Positions 51,537-64,000 of a stretch of DNA of 64,000 nucleotides are shown here, in pieces. The position numbers were made by a program, and so were the translations under genes. The notes under the pieces are model-generated. The model did not search any database. It worked only from the letters and a program-made list of their open reading frames with translations, and was not told the DNA's origin. This stretch comes from Eledone cirrhosa (lineage: Eukaryota), in NCBI GenBank assembly GCA_964016885.1, contig OZ024741.1:68386001-68450000 (forward strand), written 5' to 3'. Position 1 is the stretch's first letter. Each line of letters opens with the position of its first letter.

Positions 51537-51540
<4 letters not shown>
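47905..51540 (+). mobile_element. Second insertion of the non-coding Penelope-like/retrozyme element: inverted head (47905-48076), then pLTR-body-pLTR with a 2904-bp HHR-to-HHR period
   Basis: Reverse-complement homologue of 27518-30490 with scattered substitutions and different internal sub-repeat numbers. Both ends lie in (TA)n. Confidence 0.88.
51193..51412 (+). mobile_element. CORE-type SINE (family B) inserted in the element's terminal repeat, TSD ATAG
   Basis: The empty site actccgtaATAGcaccacc is seen at about 48277 and 31927. The filled site has ATAG at 51189-51192 and 51413-51416. Confidence 0.92.

Positions 51541-64000
<12,460 letters not shown>

Overview
AT-rich, microsatellite-dense eukaryotic DNA. 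It is most likely from an octopus or other coleoid cephalopod (inferred from the SINE families and repeat style). No host gene could be supported. The window is almost entirely mobile elements and simple repeats: two tRNA-derived SINE families, a nearly intact L1/Tx1-clade ORF2 inserted in (GATA)n, RTE and CR1 scraps, a mariner relic, Helitrons, a hAT-type MITE, a solo LTR and three Penelope-like (PLE) RT/GIY-YIG relics. Three structures stand out. (1) A non-coding 2.8-2.9 kb element, present twice (27518-32062 and 47905-51540), is delimited by type I hammerhead ribozyme (HHR) motifs, has partial-tandem plus inverted-end PLE architecture and sits in (TA)n. It looks like a very large non-autonomous Penelope or 'retrozyme'. 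(2) At least eight further, mostly unrelated minimal HHR motifs occur, many inside fold-back palindromes in (TA)n. (3) A giant inverted duplication (about 22.3-36.5 kb versus 51.6-64 kb) provides filled/empty-site comparisons and shows a 2.5-fold satellite length difference. All long low-complexity ORFs in the track are repeat artefacts. Everything here was read by eye, so coordinates are approximate.
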